DNA from: an uncultured delta proteobacterium | Lineage (GTDB): Bacteria; Myxococcota_A; Polyangia; Haliangiales; Haliangiaceae | Direction of reading: 5' to 3' | Assembly (NCBI GenBank): GCA_963772655.1 | Contig: CAVYYE010000009.1 | Span: 214,343 to 278,342, forward strand | Length of the DNA stretch: 64,000 nt | Shown here: positions 63,866 to 64,000 of the stretch, piece after piece | Position numbering within the stretch: the first letter of the stretch is position 1 | Layout: each line of letters opens with the position of its first letter | Notes under the pieces: model-generated | Database searches by the model: none | What the model saw: only the letters and a program-made list of their open reading frames with translations | What the model was told of the DNA's origin: nothing | Program-made: the position numbers and the translations under genes

Positions 63866-64000
63866 TGGTGTTCTCCCGGAAGTGTTCTCACGTCCAGAAA
63901 TGCGACCCCCGTGCCGGCCAGCTCGGATACCTCCCTACTCGGATCGACCGTCCTCGCGCGCGCAGCTCCATCGTCGTCATCCGCGTTCGCGCAAGGATTT

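Overview
This is a high-GC (about 70%) chromosomal window that is probably from a myxobacterium (order Myxococcales). It is gene-dense on both strands, and most alternative-frame ORFs in the supplied six-frame track are GC artefacts. All calls below are made by eye against remembered family sequences and motifs; no HMM or database search was run, so family assignments are recognitions rather than computed hits.

Main contents, in order:
- A very large TPR-repeat protein (29..6683) with a Pro-rich disordered linker and one apparent frameshift.
- A heat-shock type operon clpB, a J-domain protein and lon (6898..12767). A small IS5-family transposase remnant with inverted repeats follows it.
- A sigma-54 enhancer-binding protein divergent from an ECF sigma factor.
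- A Rieske ferredoxin gene whose stop overlaps the start of an isocitrate/isopropylmalate dehydrogenase-family gene.
- The most notable locus: a divergent rtcR (sigma-54 activator with a CARF domain) and rtcB (RNA ligase) pair, with a full-length major vault protein (MVP) homolog directly downstream of rtcB. A close sigma-54 -24/-12 motif lies just upstream of rtcB.
- Downstream: cfa plus a membrane fatty-acid desaturase, then a cluster of secreted or lipoprotein hydrolases (PLD-like, PLC/phosphoesterase, endonuclease/exonuclease/phosphatase family, alpha/beta hydrolase, GH25 muramidase).
- An MscS channel with a cyclic-nucleotide-binding domain, an MMPL/RND exporter, and a CzcCBA-type heavy-metal efflux operon preceded by a small Cys-rich secreted peptide.

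Other points:
- A 75-aa ORF with a double-glycine leader-like N-terminus may be an orphan peptide precursor.
- A short REP-like palindromic repeat family recurs in three intergenic regions.
- Three apparent single-base frameshifts interrupt otherwise convincing genes.
- Several sigma-54-type -24/-12 motifs are proposed by eye only.
- My line-based coordinate counting was up to about 1 nt off somewhere after ~30.7 kb, so later CDS coordinates were derived from the ORF track by codon counting.
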